DNA of 64,000 bases, from NCBI GenBank assembly GCA_038141925.1, contig JAYQJB010000002.1, positions 515,493-579,492 of the forward strand, written 5' to 3'. The notes below the pieces were generated by a model. The model was not told the origin of the DNA, did no database searches, and worked only from the letters and a program-made list of their open reading frames with translations. Shown here piece by piece: positions 23,448-34,665 of this stretch. Source of the stretch: Gammaproteobacteria bacterium (GTDB lineage Bacteria > Pseudomonadota > Gammaproteobacteria > Magnimaribacterales > AG-339-G14). Both the position numbers and the translations under genes were made by a program. The stretch's first letter is position 1; each line of letters opens with the position of its first letter.

Positions 23448-24676
23448 TGGCGAACAATAACAAAAATAATTTAAGAGTCGGAATAGATATAGGAACCTCT
23501 AAAGTTGTTTGCATAATTGCAGAGAATACCTCGGAGGGCATAAACGTATTGGGCTTAGGTATTCAAAATTCAATAGGTCTCCGAGATGGAGTTATTGTGG
23601 ATATTGAATCTACTGTAGCAGCCGTCAAAGAGGCTGTTTCTAAAGCTGAGCTTATGTCAGGAAGGCAGGTTACAAAAGCTTTCGTAGGAATTTCAGGAGG
23701 GAGTGTAAATGGTTTGAATTCTTCAGGAGCTGTACCAATAAAAGATAAAAAAGTAAAAATGAGCGAGGTTGAAAAGGTTATGTCTACAGCTCAAGCTCAA
23801 AGAATTCCAGAGGGCTATGAGCTTTTGCATGCTTTGCCGAGGGAATTCATCATTGATAATCAACCTGGAGTAAAGGCGCCATTAGGTATGGCAGGAGTAA
23901 GACTTGAAGCCCATGTACATTTGGTTTCTTGTCTTAAGAATTCAGCAACAAATATTGGATCTTGCATGAAAATATGTGGAATTGATGTTCAAAAATATGT
24001 CTTGGAACAACTTGCATCTAGCCATTCAGTTCTTACGGATGATCAGAAGAAATTAGGTATTTGTCTTATTGATATTGGCGGTGGAACTTCTGACGTAGCA
24101 ATTTTTTCAGATGGAGCAATTAGTCATACAGTAAACGTACCTATTGCAGGAACACATGTTACTAATGATATTGCTAGGGCAATTCAAACTTCGATTCAAA
24201 ATGCGGAAGATATCAAAAAGAAACATGGTTGTGCTTGGAGTGAATTAGCAGATTCCGATGAAATGATAACTACTCAATCAATAAATGGTAGAGAAAACAA
24301 ATCATTCTCAAGACATGGCCTATCGACCGTCATCGAAGAACGATATCAAGAAATTTTTCAAATTATTAAGCAAAGAATGGGAAATATTAATCTTGCTCAA
24401 GAGATACCTGCAGGAATAGTGTTGACCGGAGGCGCATCAAGAATAGAGGGTATTTCTCAATTAGCGGAGGCAATATTTCAAGCTCCTGTCAGAGTCGGAA
24501 AACCTCAGGGATTGATTGGTTTAAGCGATATATTATCGAATCCCATATATTCCACAGCGGTTGGATTAATTTTGTTTGCTCAAAAGGAACAGGAAGAAGA
24601 TTACATGGACTTTGCAATGTTGAATGAAAAAGGCTTATTAAATAAAGCCTTTAGATGGATACAGAATACTTTTTAA
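23447..24676 (+). CDS. ftsA: Cell division protein FtsA
   Basis: 409 aa, actin-like, with VGIDIGTSKV, IDIGGGTSD and a C-terminal amphipathic helix. Confidence 0.9.
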   Translation: MANNNKNNLRVGIDIGTSKVVCIIAENTSEGINVLGLGIQNSIGLRDGVIVDIESTVAAVKEAVSKAELMSGRQVTKAFVGISGGSVNGLNSSGAVPIKDKKVKMSEVEKVMSTAQAQRIPEGYELLHALPREFIIDNQPGVKAPLGMAGVRLEAHVHLVSCLKNSATNIGSCMKICGIDVQKYVLEQLASSHSVLTDDQKKLGICLIDIGGGTSDVAIFSDGAISHTVNVPIAGTHVTNDIARAIQTSIQNAEDIKKKHGCAWSELADSDEMITTQSINGRENKSFSRHGLSTVIEERYQEIFQIIKQRMGNINLAQEIPAGIVLTGGASRIEGISQLAEAIFQAPVRVGKPQGLIGLSDILSNPIYSTAVGLILFAQKEQEEDYMDFAMLNEKGLLNKAFRWIQNTF

Positions 24677-24695
24677 CTTTATTTTAGGAGGAGTT

Positions 24696-25820
24696 ATGAA
24701 ATATAAACTAGTAGATAATGGCAAGAGAAATCAAACCATAATAAAAGTAGTTGGCGTTGGTGGCTGTGGAGGCAATGCCATAGACCACATGGTAGCTAAC
24801 GGAGTTGAAAGTGTGGAAACAATTTCCGCAAATACTGATTCTCAAGCATTAACTAAAAATAAGGCAGCTGAAAAAATAATCTTAGGAGAATTAAATAATC
24901 ATGGGCAAGGAGCTGGAGGAAAGCCAGATGTAGGCAGAGACACTGCTCTGGATGATTATGAAAGGTTAACGACTATGTTTGATGGTGCCGATATGGTCTT
25001 CATAGCAGCAGGAATGGGAGGAGGAACTGGAACTGGTGCAGCTCCTATAGTTGCTAGAGCTGCAAAAGAGGTTGGCGCTTTAGCAGTAGCAATTGTTACA
25101 AAACCAATGTCTTTAGAGTTTAAAGATGATTTGGCAGAAGCAGGAATAAAAGAGTTGAGGTCGGAAGTTGATTCTTTAATAACCATTCCAAATCAAAAAC
25201 TAAGTGAAGTTTTTGGAGGCGACTGCACCATGTTAGAAGCTTTTGGCCATGCAAATGATGTTTTGTTAGGAGCTGTGAGGGGTATCGCTGACATCATCAC
25301 TCAGACAGGTTACATAAATGTGGACTTTAACGATGTTAGAACTGTCATGGCTGAGCAAGGAGTTGCCATGATGGGCACAGGAGTTGCTAGTGGTCCAAGT
25401 AGAGCAAAAGATGCAGCAGCTCAAGCAGTAGGGAGTCCGCTTTTGGAGGATATAAATTTACAAAATGCAAAAGGAGTTCTAGTAAATATAACTGGAAAAG
25501 GCATTAAGGTTGGTGAGATAGAAGACGTTCTTCGACAAGTATCAGAATTTGCGAGTGATGGAGCTCAAATAATCCATGGTGCAGTAGAAGATAATGACAT
25601 GGAAGGAGATATAAAAGTCACAATCATAGCGACTGGCTTATCAGATAGCTCTCAACAAAATGATAGAGCTTCAGGATTTAAGGTTGCAAATGATCCATAT
25701 GGTAGATTTCAAGAAGTACCAACTTTAGGAAAAGTTGAAAATGAAATTACTAAGAATGAATCAACCAAAAAAAGTGATTATTTAGACATACCGTCATTTG
25801 TGAGAAAACAGATAGATTGA
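24696..25820 (+). CDS. ftsZ: Cell division GTPase FtsZ
   Basis: GVGGCGGNA, tubulin signature [10 protein letters not shown] and the C-terminal DIPSFVRKQ peptide. Confidence 0.97.
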   Translation: MKYKLVDNGKRNQTIIKVVGVGGCGGNAIDHMVANGVESVETISANTDSQALTKNKAAEKIILGELNNHGQGAGGKPDVGRDTALDDYERLTTMFDGADMVFIAAGMGGGTGTGAAPIVARAAKEVGALAVAIVTKPMSLEFKDDLAEAGIKELRSEVDSLITIPNQKLSEVFGGDCTMLEAFGHANDVLLGAVRGIADIITQTGYINVDFNDVRTVMAEQGVAMMGTGVASGPSRAKDAAAQAVGSPLLEDINLQNAKGVLVNITGKGIKVGEIEDVLRQVSEFASDGAQIIHGAVEDNDMEGDIKVTIIATGLSDSSQQNDRASGFKVANDPYGRFQEVPTLGKVENEITKNESTKKSDYLDIPSFVRKQID

Positions 25821-25821
25821 T

Positions 25822-27457
25822 TTGAATGCAAGCGAGAATAATAAATACAGAGAACTTACTCTCTGGATTGTAATATTCTTTATCCTATTAGCTTTACCAA
25901 CTAAGTTAGTCTTTTTTCAAAAAAACGATTTTAGTTTAGGAAAAGAATTTTCACAAAAAGCCTCAATCAGGCAATCTTCTATTTCTTCAAAAAGAGGAGT
26001 AATTTTTGATAGAAATAACAATGTTTTGGCTGAAGATATTCCATCTTATGAGATCGGCATCTCCCTAAAGGATTTTTCTTTTGACCCAATTCATATAAAT
26101 CTCATATCGACTAATTTAGATTTAGATATTGATAGGTTAAAAAAGCGGTTAGCCAGAAAAAAAACCAAATATTTGGTTCTCAATCAAAAAGTCGCAAAAC
26201 AAAAAAAAGAACTCATTCAGTCTTTAGAAATTCCTGGAATAGTCATAAGCAAGAGAACCTTTAAAAGAAACTATCCTCAAGGAGAGATATTTTCTCAATT
26301 GATAGGACTTACTAATTATAAAAACGAAGGTGTAATGGGAATTGAGTTTGCTCTTGATGAAACTTTAAAGGCAGAAGACGGTTATCAAGAAAAAATTCTT
26401 TCTAGAAAATCAGGCGTTATTCAAAATAAAATAATTAAAGAACCAATTAATGGCTTATCAGTAAACTTAACTGTTGATTCTAAAATGCAATTTGTCTTAT
26501 TTGACAAGCTTAAAAAAGCTGTTGAATTTCATAATGCAGAATCCGCGTCGGGCATAATGATTGACTTGGATTCAAATGAAATTCTAGCAATGACAAATTT
26601 TCCATCATTTGACCCCAACAATAGAAAAAAACTTAATAACATGGAATTATTGAAGAATAACTCAGCGATAGAGCTTTTCGAGCCAGGTTCTACTGTAAAA
26701 CCTTTAGCTTTATCTGCCTTATTAAAAAATAATTCAGAGTTAATTGATTCAGCAGTAAATACTTCCCCTGGGTGGATAGAATTTGAAGGTTATAAAACTG
26801 AAGATGCCCGAAACTATGGGACATTATCTACAGAAGAAATAATTTCTAAATCCAGTAATGTCGGCATGGTAAAGCTATGCGCTGATTTTGATCCCAGTCT
26901 AATTCTCAGAACTTATTACTCTCTTGGTTTGGGGAAGTATATGAATGAAATTTTTATCTCAACCCGAGAAGGCTATCTCCCAGAGTATAAAAATTTATCA
27001 CTCAGAGAAAAAGTTTCACTTTGTTATGGATATGGTCTTCAGACAACTCTAGTTCAATTAACCTCTGCTTACAGTACAATTTTTTCAGAAGGAGTTTATC
27101 GCCCACTTAAATTAATAAAAAAATCATCTCATTTTGAGGAAGAAAGAATTCTCAGCAAAGAAAATGCTAAACAAATAAAGAAGGATATTATATAAAGCAA
27201 TAAAAAATGGCACCGGATTTCGGGCCAAAGTTAATGATCATGATGTTTTTGGCAAAACAGGAACGGCAAGAATCTTTAAGGATCAAAAGTATAATGAAGA
27301 TCTGCATAATGCTTTATTCATAGGAATGACGAAAATAGAAGATAAAGAGTACTTGGTCGGACTATTTGTAAAAAATCCAAAGATTAACGGTGATGGAGGA
27401 GGCGATGTTGCTGCTCCAATATTTTCGGAGATCATTGAAACCATTCAAAAACTTTAA
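25822..27457 (+). CDS. ftsI: Peptidoglycan D,D-transpeptidase FtsI / PBP3 (frameshift near 27190)
   Basis: TTG start 2 nt after the ftsZ stop. Has a TM anchor and a STVK active-site motif, with KTGTA in the shifted C-terminal piece. About 544 aa. Confidence 0.85.
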
Positions 27458-27459
27458 TA

Positions 27460-28866
27460 ATGTTTTCCTTAACTGAAAATCTCTCAAAATTAGAAAGTAT
27501 AAAAATCACTGGGTTCACCGATAATTCAAATTTTGTAGAGCGAGACTATGCTTTCATTTCTTTTTCAAAAAATCCAAAGGAAGCACTTAAATATTCCAAA
27601 GATGCTATTGATAAAGGCGCCAAAATTGTAATTAGTCAGGTAAACCTTCATGAACATTTAAAAGATAAAAACTTATTTGATTCAAATTTAGTCAATCATA
27701 AAGATAAATATCTAGAGACTCTTTTTGCAAGATCAAAAAAAAGTATCAAGATCGTTGGAATTACCGGTACAAATGGAAAATCTTCAACCGCATTTTTTCT
27801 TCACCAACTTTTATCTTTCAAGGATTCCAATGCAACTCTATTAACGAATACACCAGAAGTTTCAAATCTTAAAAATACACAATTCACTCCTTTAACTACA
27901 CCAGATAATTTTTTACTTCATCATTTTTTAAAAAAATCTATCGATTTAAAGAGAAAATACTTCCTTATGGAAGTTTCCTCACACGGCATAGATCAGAGCA
28001 GAATTTCTGGTTTAGATTTTTTCGCTAAGTCCCTCACGAGCTTTTCAAAAGACCATCTTGATTATCATAAAAATTTTCGTAGTTATAGAAATGCTAAAAA
28101 AAGCTTTTTCTCAACATCCGATGAAAACAACATCGTATCCATTGATAATGATTTAGGAAGGGAAATTCATTCTGAAAACAAATCAACTTTGACTGTTTCA
28201 GTAAATGACAAAACTGCAGATTTACACTTAGAAAATAACTTAATAAAAACTCCTTGGGGAGATTTAATAAATTATCTTCCCTTTAAAAGTAAATTTATGA
28301 TTTCAAATTTTTTATGTGCTTTGGGCCTCTACGGAAAAATATTCAATGAAATAGATTTTGAGGCAGAAATGCTTAAAAATTTGAAAAACCTTCCTGGCAG
28401 GTTACAAAAAATTTCTTTATTTCAGGACAAAATTTGCTATGTAGACTATGCACACACCCCAGATGCATTGAAATCTGTTTTGGATTATTTGAGAAGTAGC
28501 TATAAAGGAAAAATCATAACTTTATTTGGATGTGGCGGGGAAAGAGATTCATCTAAAAGAGGGGATATGGGAAAAATAGCCCAAGAAAAATCGGATTTTC
28601 AAATTATTACAAACGACAATCCAAGAAATGAAGATCCAAAAAAAATAGTGGCTCAAATTGTCAAAGATATGCATTTAAAAAACTTTGACATCATTTTTGA
28701 CAGAAAAGAAGCTATCTCTGAGGGCTTAAAAAAACTTAAGAAATTGAAACAAGAATCAGTTTTGCTTATTGCTGGAAAGGGCCATGAGAACTTTCAAATT
28801 TTAAAAGGCAAGGAAATAGAATTTAACGACTTAACAATTTTAAATAAATTGAAGAATGTTATTTAA
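27460..28866 (+). CDS. murE: UDP-MurNAc-tripeptide synthetase MurE
   Basis: GITGTNGKSST P-loop, DNPRNEDP motif, dcw position. Confidence 0.85.
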   Translation: MFSLTENLSKLESIKITGFTDNSNFVERDYAFISFSKNPKEALKYSKDAIDKGAKIVISQVNLHEHLKDKNLFDSNLVNHKDKYLETLFARSKKSIKIVGITGTNGKSSTAFFLHQLLSFKDSNATLLTNTPEVSNLKNTQFTPLTTPDNFLLHHFLKKSIDLKRKYFLMEVSSHGIDQSRISGLDFFAKSLTSFSKDHLDYHKNFRSYRNAKKSFFSTSDENNIVSIDNDLGREIHSENKSTLTVSVNDKTADLHLENNLIKTPWGDLINYLPFKSKFMISNFLCALGLYGKIFNEIDFEAEMLKNLKNLPGRLQKISLFQDKICYVDYAHTPDALKSVLDYLRSSYKGKIITLFGCGGERDSSKRGDMGKIAQEKSDFQIITNDNPRNEDPKKIVAQIVKDMHLKNFDIIFDRKEAISEGLKKLKKLKQESVLLIAGKGHENFQILKGKEIEFNDLTILNKLKNVI

Positions 28867-30121
28867 AAAAAATATAGAAAATCTTGCGGCCTTTGGAGGA
28901 GGAAGAATTTATTGTCAAAATATTGACTTCAAAAAAATAGTATTTAATTCAAAAGAAATCAAAGGAGGGGATGTATTTATACCCCTTAAAGGACAAAATC
29001 ATGATGCTCATAGATTTATTTCTGAAGCATATGATCTTGGAGCTGCATGTGTTGTTTCTGAAAAAAAGATTGATAATAAAAATCATATTCTTGTTAAGGA
29101 TACGAACATTTTTTTAGAAAATATCGCAAAAAAACAAAGAGAACTATTTGAGGGGCTGGTGGTAGGAATTACAGGGAGTAATGGCAAAACCACAACAAAA
29201 GAAACTCTAAGTAAATACTTCACGGAGAAATTTAAGCAAAATGATGTCTACAAAAGTCATGGAAATTTTAATAATTTTTATGGTCTTTGTTTTTCTCTTT
29301 TGGAATTAAGCCCGCATCATAAAGTGGGTTTTTTTGAAATTGGAACAAATAATCCTGGAGAAATTTCAAAATTGGCAAATATTTTGAAAATGAATCTAAG
29401 CATAATTACAAATATTGGGAATGCTCATTTAGAAGGCCTAAAAAACATCGATGGCGTGGCAAATGAAAAAAGCGATATTTTCGTTTTTACCAAGGAAGAA
29501 GGGTATTGTTTAGGGGACATTCCAAAAAAATATTTAAATCTAGTTAGAGATAAATCATCTGGAAAAAAAAGAATATTCACAAGCGACAATGATCCAAAAA
29601 AATTAATGAAAACTGCAGTTATGAAAATTAATGATCTGCTAGAGGTTGAGTATCTTCCCGAAGAAATTGATAGTTTCCTAGATAAAAAAATTGATGTTCC
29701 TGGTAGGTTTGAAATAAGAAAATCAAAGTCAAAAGCCTTGATTATTGATGATTCGTACAATGCAAATCCAGATTCTTTTTTATATGCTTTTAAAAAAATA
29801 AAAAATCTAGATCTTTCAAAAGTTTCTTTTATTGAAAAAGGTTCAAAATATCAAAAAAAAATATGCGTTATGGGACAAATGGGAGAACTTGGAGAAAAAT
29901 CCGAAGACTTACATAAATATATTCTCAAAGAGGCATCTTTAATATTTGATATTGTTTTAGTAATAGATTTCAAGGTGAATTTGAAAGCATCAAATATATC
30001 TTTTTTTAAAAGAGAAGAAATTGATTCTTATTTGAAGGAATATCTTGAAGAAGATGTTTTAATTTTCTTCAAAGGTTCGCGTTCGGTTAAAATGGAAAAC
30101 ATCATCAGGAATCTTACTTAA
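28856..30121 (+). CDS. murF: UDP-MurNAc-pentapeptide synthetase MurF
   Basis: GITGSNGKTTTKE, DDSYNANPDS. Confidence 0.85.
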   Translation: MLFKKNIENLAAFGGGRIYCQNIDFKKIVFNSKEIKGGDVFIPLKGQNHDAHRFISEAYDLGAACVVSEKKIDNKNHILVKDTNIFLENIAKKQRELFEGLVVGITGSNGKTTTKETLSKYFTEKFKQNDVYKSHGNFNNFYGLCFSLLELSPHHKVGFFEIGTNNPGEISKLANILKMNLSIITNIGNAHLEGLKNIDGVANEKSDIFVFTKEEGYCLGDIPKKYLNLVRDKSSGKKRIFTSDNDPKKLMKTAVMKINDLLEVEYLPEEIDSFLDKKIDVPGRFEIRKSKSKALIIDDSYNANPDSFLYAFKKIKNLDLSKVSFIEKGSKYQKKICVMGQMGELGEKSEDLHKYILKEASLIFDIVLVIDFKVNLKASNISFFKREEIDSYLKEYLEEDVLIFFKGSRSVKMENIIRNLT

Positions 30122-30122
30122 A

Positions 30123-31205
30123 ATGTTTTTACCATTACTTGAATATTTAGCGGAAAGCTTCGGACCTTTAAGGATCTTCAACTATTTCACTTTTAGAGCA
30201 ATTCTTGCAACTTTAACTTCATTGGTTTTTATTCTTTTTTTTGGAAAGACCTTCATAAGATTTATTGCAAAACAAAAGTATGGTCAGATCATTAGAGATG
30301 AAGGTCCACAAAGTCATTTAGAAAAAAAAGGAACTCCCACAATGGGAGGGTTATTAATTTTATTTTCTATTGTATTTTCATGCCTTTGCTGGGGAGATTT
30401 AAGTAATAAATATCTTTTAGTCTCAATTGCAGTAACTTTTTTATTTGGTGTTATTGGGTTATTTGATGACTATTTAAAACTGCGTTATTCAAATAGCAAA
30501 GGCCTCAGTGGTAGAAGTAGGCTTTTATGGGAAATTTTAGTAGCTTTATCAGCAAGTTCATTGATTTACTATTTTGCTACCAGCTCAGAAGAAACTACTT
30601 TGTTTCTTCCTTTTTTTAAAGACTTTGCTCTGCAACTTGGGATTTGGTTCATTTTATTTAGCGCCTTGGTTCTTGTTGCAACTGCAAATGCTGTGAATTT
30701 AACTGATGGGCTAGATGGACTAGCAATAATGCCTTCTGTAATGGTGGCTGCAGGAATGGGAATAATTGCATACATTTCGGGCAATGCAATTCTTTCGGAT
30801 TATCTTAATGTTCCCTATCTTTTTTATTCAACTGAAATAGTAATTTTTTGTGGGGCGCTAGTTGGAGCTGGGATAGGGTTTCTTTGGTTTAATACTTATC
30901 CAGCACAAATATTCATGGGAGATGTTGGATCTCTGTCTTTAGGTGCGGCATTAGGAATTGTTGCAGTAAGTATTAGACAAGAGTTTATATTGATGTTGAT
31001 GGGGGGAGTTTTTGTAATAGAAACTCTGTCTGTAATTCTTCAGGTTGCTTCTTTCAAACTAACTGGCAAAAGAATATTTAAAATGGCTCCCTTACATCAT
31101 CATTATGAACTTTCGGGGCTAGCTGAGCCAAAAATAATTGTCAGATTTTGGATCGTTACCTTAATTCTCGTTCTTTTTGCTTTAGCTACCTTTAGACTAA
31201 GATAA
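30123..31205 (+). CDS. mraY: Phospho-MurNAc-pentapeptide translocase
   Basis: 360-aa polytopic protein with NAVNLTDGLDGLA and MGDVGSLSLG. Confidence 0.95.
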   Translation: MFLPLLEYLAESFGPLRIFNYFTFRAILATLTSLVFILFFGKTFIRFIAKQKYGQIIRDEGPQSHLEKKGTPTMGGLLILFSIVFSCLCWGDLSNKYLLVSIAVTFLFGVIGLFDDYLKLRYSNSKGLSGRSRLLWEILVALSASSLIYYFATSSEETTLFLPFFKDFALQLGIWFILFSALVLVATANAVNLTDGLDGLAIMPSVMVAAGMGIIAYISGNAILSDYLNVPYLFYSTEIVIFCGALVGAGIGFLWFNTYPAQIFMGDVGSLSLGAALGIVAVSIRQEFILMLMGGVFVIETLSVILQVASFKLTGKRIFKMAPLHHHYELSGLAEPKIIVRFWIVTLILVLFALATFRLR

Positions 31206-31207
31206 AA

Positions 31208-32409
31208 ATGAATTCAACCAAACCTGTTTTAATCCTTGGCAAAGGAATTACAGGAGAGTCATTTAGAGAATATTTTTCTAAAAAAAAACAACCATTCATT
31301 ACTTACGATACAAGAGTAAAAAAGGAGTCATTCAATTTAAAAAAAAATTTAAATTTTAATTTTGTTGCCGAAGAAGAAATCGATTTTAACAACTTAAAAT
31401 TTATAGCCTGTAGTCCAGGATTTGACTTAAATCACAATATAATCAAAACGGCAAAAGAAAAAAAAATTGAAATTAAAAGTGATATAAATATTTTTTTAGA
31501 AGAAAACACATCAAAAAAAGTATTAATTTCTGGCTCCAATGGAAAATCAACAGTTTGTTCATGGTTAGAAAAATTATTTAATTACAAAAATTTAGATACT
31601 CTTGCGATTGGAAACATCGGAAGACCAGTTTTGGAATTCGTAGAGGAAAAAAAAGACTTTTTTGTTTTAGAGGTTTCGAGCTTTCATTTGGATATAGCGC
31701 CATTACCCAAATTCAAATTATCAGTTTTGTTAAATATTACACCTGATCATATTGATCGACATGGAAGTTTTAATGAATATGCAACAATAAAAAAGAAGAT
31801 AAGTGACAGTAGTGAAATTTCAATTGTTAATGAAAATCTCAAAGAATTTATTCCTCAAGCTGATTATTTTTTTAGCAATAAAGGGTCTGTAAAAGATCAA
31901 AACTTCAATGCAATCAAAGAAATTTGTTCCTGCTTAAATCTTAATTTTTTAGAAAAAGATATTTTGAATTGTTTTGCTCAGCTTCCTCACAGGATGGAAC
32001 TTTTTCATCAGTTAGATGGAAACATAACCTTCATAGATGATTCAAAAGCAACTAATGTAGCTTCATCATTAGAAGGTCTGAAAAGTGTCGATGAATCAAA
32101 GTCATTGATAGTCTTTTGCGGAGGAAGATCAAAAAATCAGGATTTTAAAAGTTTCACTGATTTCTAAATAAACGAGCAAAGAAAATTTATTATTTTGGCG
32201 AGAGTACAAAAATTTTAAAAAAGCTTCTTGATTCGTCAAAATCTGAAGAAGTTTCAAACCTTGAAGAGGCAGTTCATTCTGCATTAAAAATTATTGAAAG
32301 TGATACCGTAATGATTCTTTCGCCAGCATGTTCTAGCTTAGATATGTTTGAAAACTTTGAGGAAAGAGGAAAAAAATTTAAGGATTTAGTTTTAAATGCC
32401 AAAATTTAA
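31208..32409 (+). CDS. murD: UDP-MurNAc-L-Ala--D-Glu ligase MurD (frameshift near 32165)
   Basis: SGSNGKSTV P-loop. The shifted C-terminal part ends ...SPACSSLDMFENFEERGKKF. Overlaps the ftsW start by 14 nt. Confidence 0.85.
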
Positions 32410-33562
32410 AAACCAATCTACATTGCAAAGGATTTTTCTTGGCAAGCATGATCGCTCTCTTGGCTTAGCTGATATTGATATTCCTATGTTGTTCATTTCA
32501 ACGTTCTTATTATTTTTTGGTATTGTCATGGTTACTTCCGTATCTCTTCCTCTCACTTCGGGGTCGCTCAATATGACTTTGAGTCATATTCAAAAAATTT
32601 TCATTGCGTTTGTTATTGCATTATTTGCTTTCAGAATGCCAATGAGCTTTTGGCAAAAAAACTCAATTTATTTCTTATTGTTCTCTTTACTTTTATTGAT
32701 ATTGGTTTTTGTCCCTTTCATAGGAAAAGAAGTTAACGGCGCATTTAGATGGATTCGGGTTTTGGGATTTTCTTTTCAACCTTCTGAATTGATGAAGTTT
32801 TCGCTTATCATTTATATATCCTCATATTGCATTAGAAAATATGATGAATTTAGAGAAGAATGGTTAGGCTTCTTTAAACCAGTTTTTTTAATTTCGTTTT
32901 CCATATTGCTTATTTTGCTTGAGCCAGATTTAGGTTCATCGGCAGTAATATTTATTGTATCTTTTTCTATACTTTTTATTGCTGGAGCTCCTCTAAAGCA
33001 TCTTATATCAATTTTTATAGTTGGATTATTTACATTTATTGGCTTGATATTCACAGCGAGCTACAGAATCAAAAGAATTATGGGATATTTAGATCCTTGG
33101 AATAACGAATTTGCAGAGCAGTTAAGAGCTTCTTTAAGCGCAATAAGTAATGGTCAATGGTTTGGAGTAGGCATTGGGAATAGCCAAATGAAAGAGGGAT
33201 TTTTGTCGGATGCTCAAACCGACTTTATTTTTGCGATTATCACAGAAGAATTAGGCATTGTTTTTAGTTTAGTTTTAATTTTAGCTTTCTCATACTTAGT
33301 CTTCAGATGTTTTATGATAGGAAGATATGCTCGTCAAAATGATTATACTTTTGGTTGTTTAGTATCTTATGGAGCGGGAGTTTTAATAGCTCTGCATGTT
33401 TTTATAAATATCGGCGTTTCAACAGGTTTGCTACCTACAAAAGGAATTACGTTACCTTTAATAAGTTTTGGAGGGTCTAACTTGATGCTCATGTTTGTTT
33501 TGATTGCTTTAGTGCAGAAAATAAAGATTGAAACAAACTTTTCAAATAAAGTTTCTGTCTAA
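32396..33562 (+). CDS. ftsW: Peptidoglycan glycosyltransferase FtsW (SEDS)
   Basis: 388 aa, about 10 TM segments, with ...FQPSELMKF..., EPDLGS and PTKGITLPLISFGGSN. Confidence 0.9.
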   Translation: MPKFKNQSTLQRIFLGKHDRSLGLADIDIPMLFISTFLLFFGIVMVTSVSLPLTSGSLNMTLSHIQKIFIAFVIALFAFRMPMSFWQKNSIYFLLFSLLLLILVFVPFIGKEVNGAFRWIRVLGFSFQPSELMKFSLIIYISSYCIRKYDEFREEWLGFFKPVFLISFSILLILLEPDLGSSAVIFIVSFSILFIAGAPLKHLISIFIVGLFTFIGLIFTASYRIKRIMGYLDPWNNEFAEQLRASLSAISNGQWFGVGIGNSQMKEGFLSDAQTDFIFAIITEELGIVFSLVLILAFSYLVFRCFMIGRYARQNDYTFGCLVSYGAGVLIALHVFINIGVSTGLLPTKGITLPLISFGGSNLMLMFVLIALVQKIKIETNFSNKVSV

Positions 33563-33567
33563 AAAAT

Positions 33568-34665
33568 ATGTCAGATAAAAATAAAAAAATAATTATCTGT
33601 GCAGGGGGGACAGGGGGACATGTATTTCCTGCAAAAAAATTAAGCGAAATGCTCCTAAAAGAGGCTGTTGAAATACGTTGGATTGGCTCGTCTAGAGGGC
33701 CAGAAGAACAAATATGCAAAGATTTAGGTATAAAATTTTATCGATATCCATTAACCGGCTTCAGAGGAAAATCTTTATTTTTTAAAATCTTAAGCCTTAT
33801 TTTTTTGATTTTCTCATTCTTGAGATTTTTTCTAGAAATTCAAATTGGGGATATTTTTTCTAAAAGAAATACCCTGGTTTGTTTTGGAGGATATGTCTCT
33901 TTAGTTGGTTTAGCACACTTTTCTGGACCAATTTATATTCAAGAACAAAATTCTATACCTGGTTCTACAAATAGACTTTTAGCTAGATATAAAAAAATAG
34001 ATAAGATTTTTTGCGGCTTTCCAAAAACACAAGATTTTTTCGAAGAAAAAAAAGCAATATTCTCTGGCAATTTAATTAATCTTGATGTACAAAAAGTTGA
34101 GAAAAAGAAGCCAAGTTTTAATGAGTTAGATATTAAGATCATGGGAGGAAGTCTTGGCGCTAGATTGATTAACAAAACTGTACCAAGAGTTTTCAGCCAG
34201 CTATCACAAGATTTTCCTGATCTTAAATTTATCTTGTCGCACCAATGTGGCAAAGGAAACCTAGAAGAAACAAAATCGTACTACGATTCTTGTAAAAAAA
34301 TTTATGATTTAAAGCTCTTTGAATTTGTAGAAAGTATGGAAAGCTTTTATTCGAATGCGGATCTAATAATTTCAAGAGCAGGAGCTCTATCCGTATCTGA
34401 AATTTGTGAAACTCAAAATATTGCAATTTTCATTCCTTTGAAAAATTCAATTGATAATCATCAACATGAAAATGCTAAATTCCTGGCAGAGAAAAACTCC
34501 GCATTTATTTGTGAAGAGGATCTTTTGGAAGAAAACTTAAAAAAAATATTATTTGAGATAGTTAAAAATCCTGAGATTATTGAAAAGATGAAAAAAAACA
34601 TATCTAGGATTTCTTTAACTGACAAAAAAAATATGATTGTCAAAAAAATTCTTTCAAATGAATGA
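33568..34665 (+). CDS. murG: Lipid II synthase MurG
   Basis: AGGTGGHVFPA, ...RAGALSVSE..., HQHENAKFL. Confidence 0.9.
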   Translation: MSDKNKKIIICAGGTGGHVFPAKKLSEMLLKEAVEIRWIGSSRGPEEQICKDLGIKFYRYPLTGFRGKSLFFKILSLIFLIFSFLRFFLEIQIGDIFSKRNTLVCFGGYVSLVGLAHFSGPIYIQEQNSIPGSTNRLLARYKKIDKIFCGFPKTQDFFEEKKAIFSGNLINLDVQKVEKKKPSFNELDIKIMGGSLGARLINKTVPRVFSQLSQDFPDLKFILSHQCGKGNLEETKSYYDSCKKIYDLKLFEFVESMESFYSNADLIISRAGALSVSEICETQNIAIFIPLKNSIDNHQHENAKFLAEKNSAFICEEDLLEENLKKILFEIVKNPEIIEKMKKNISRISLTDKKNMIVKKILSNE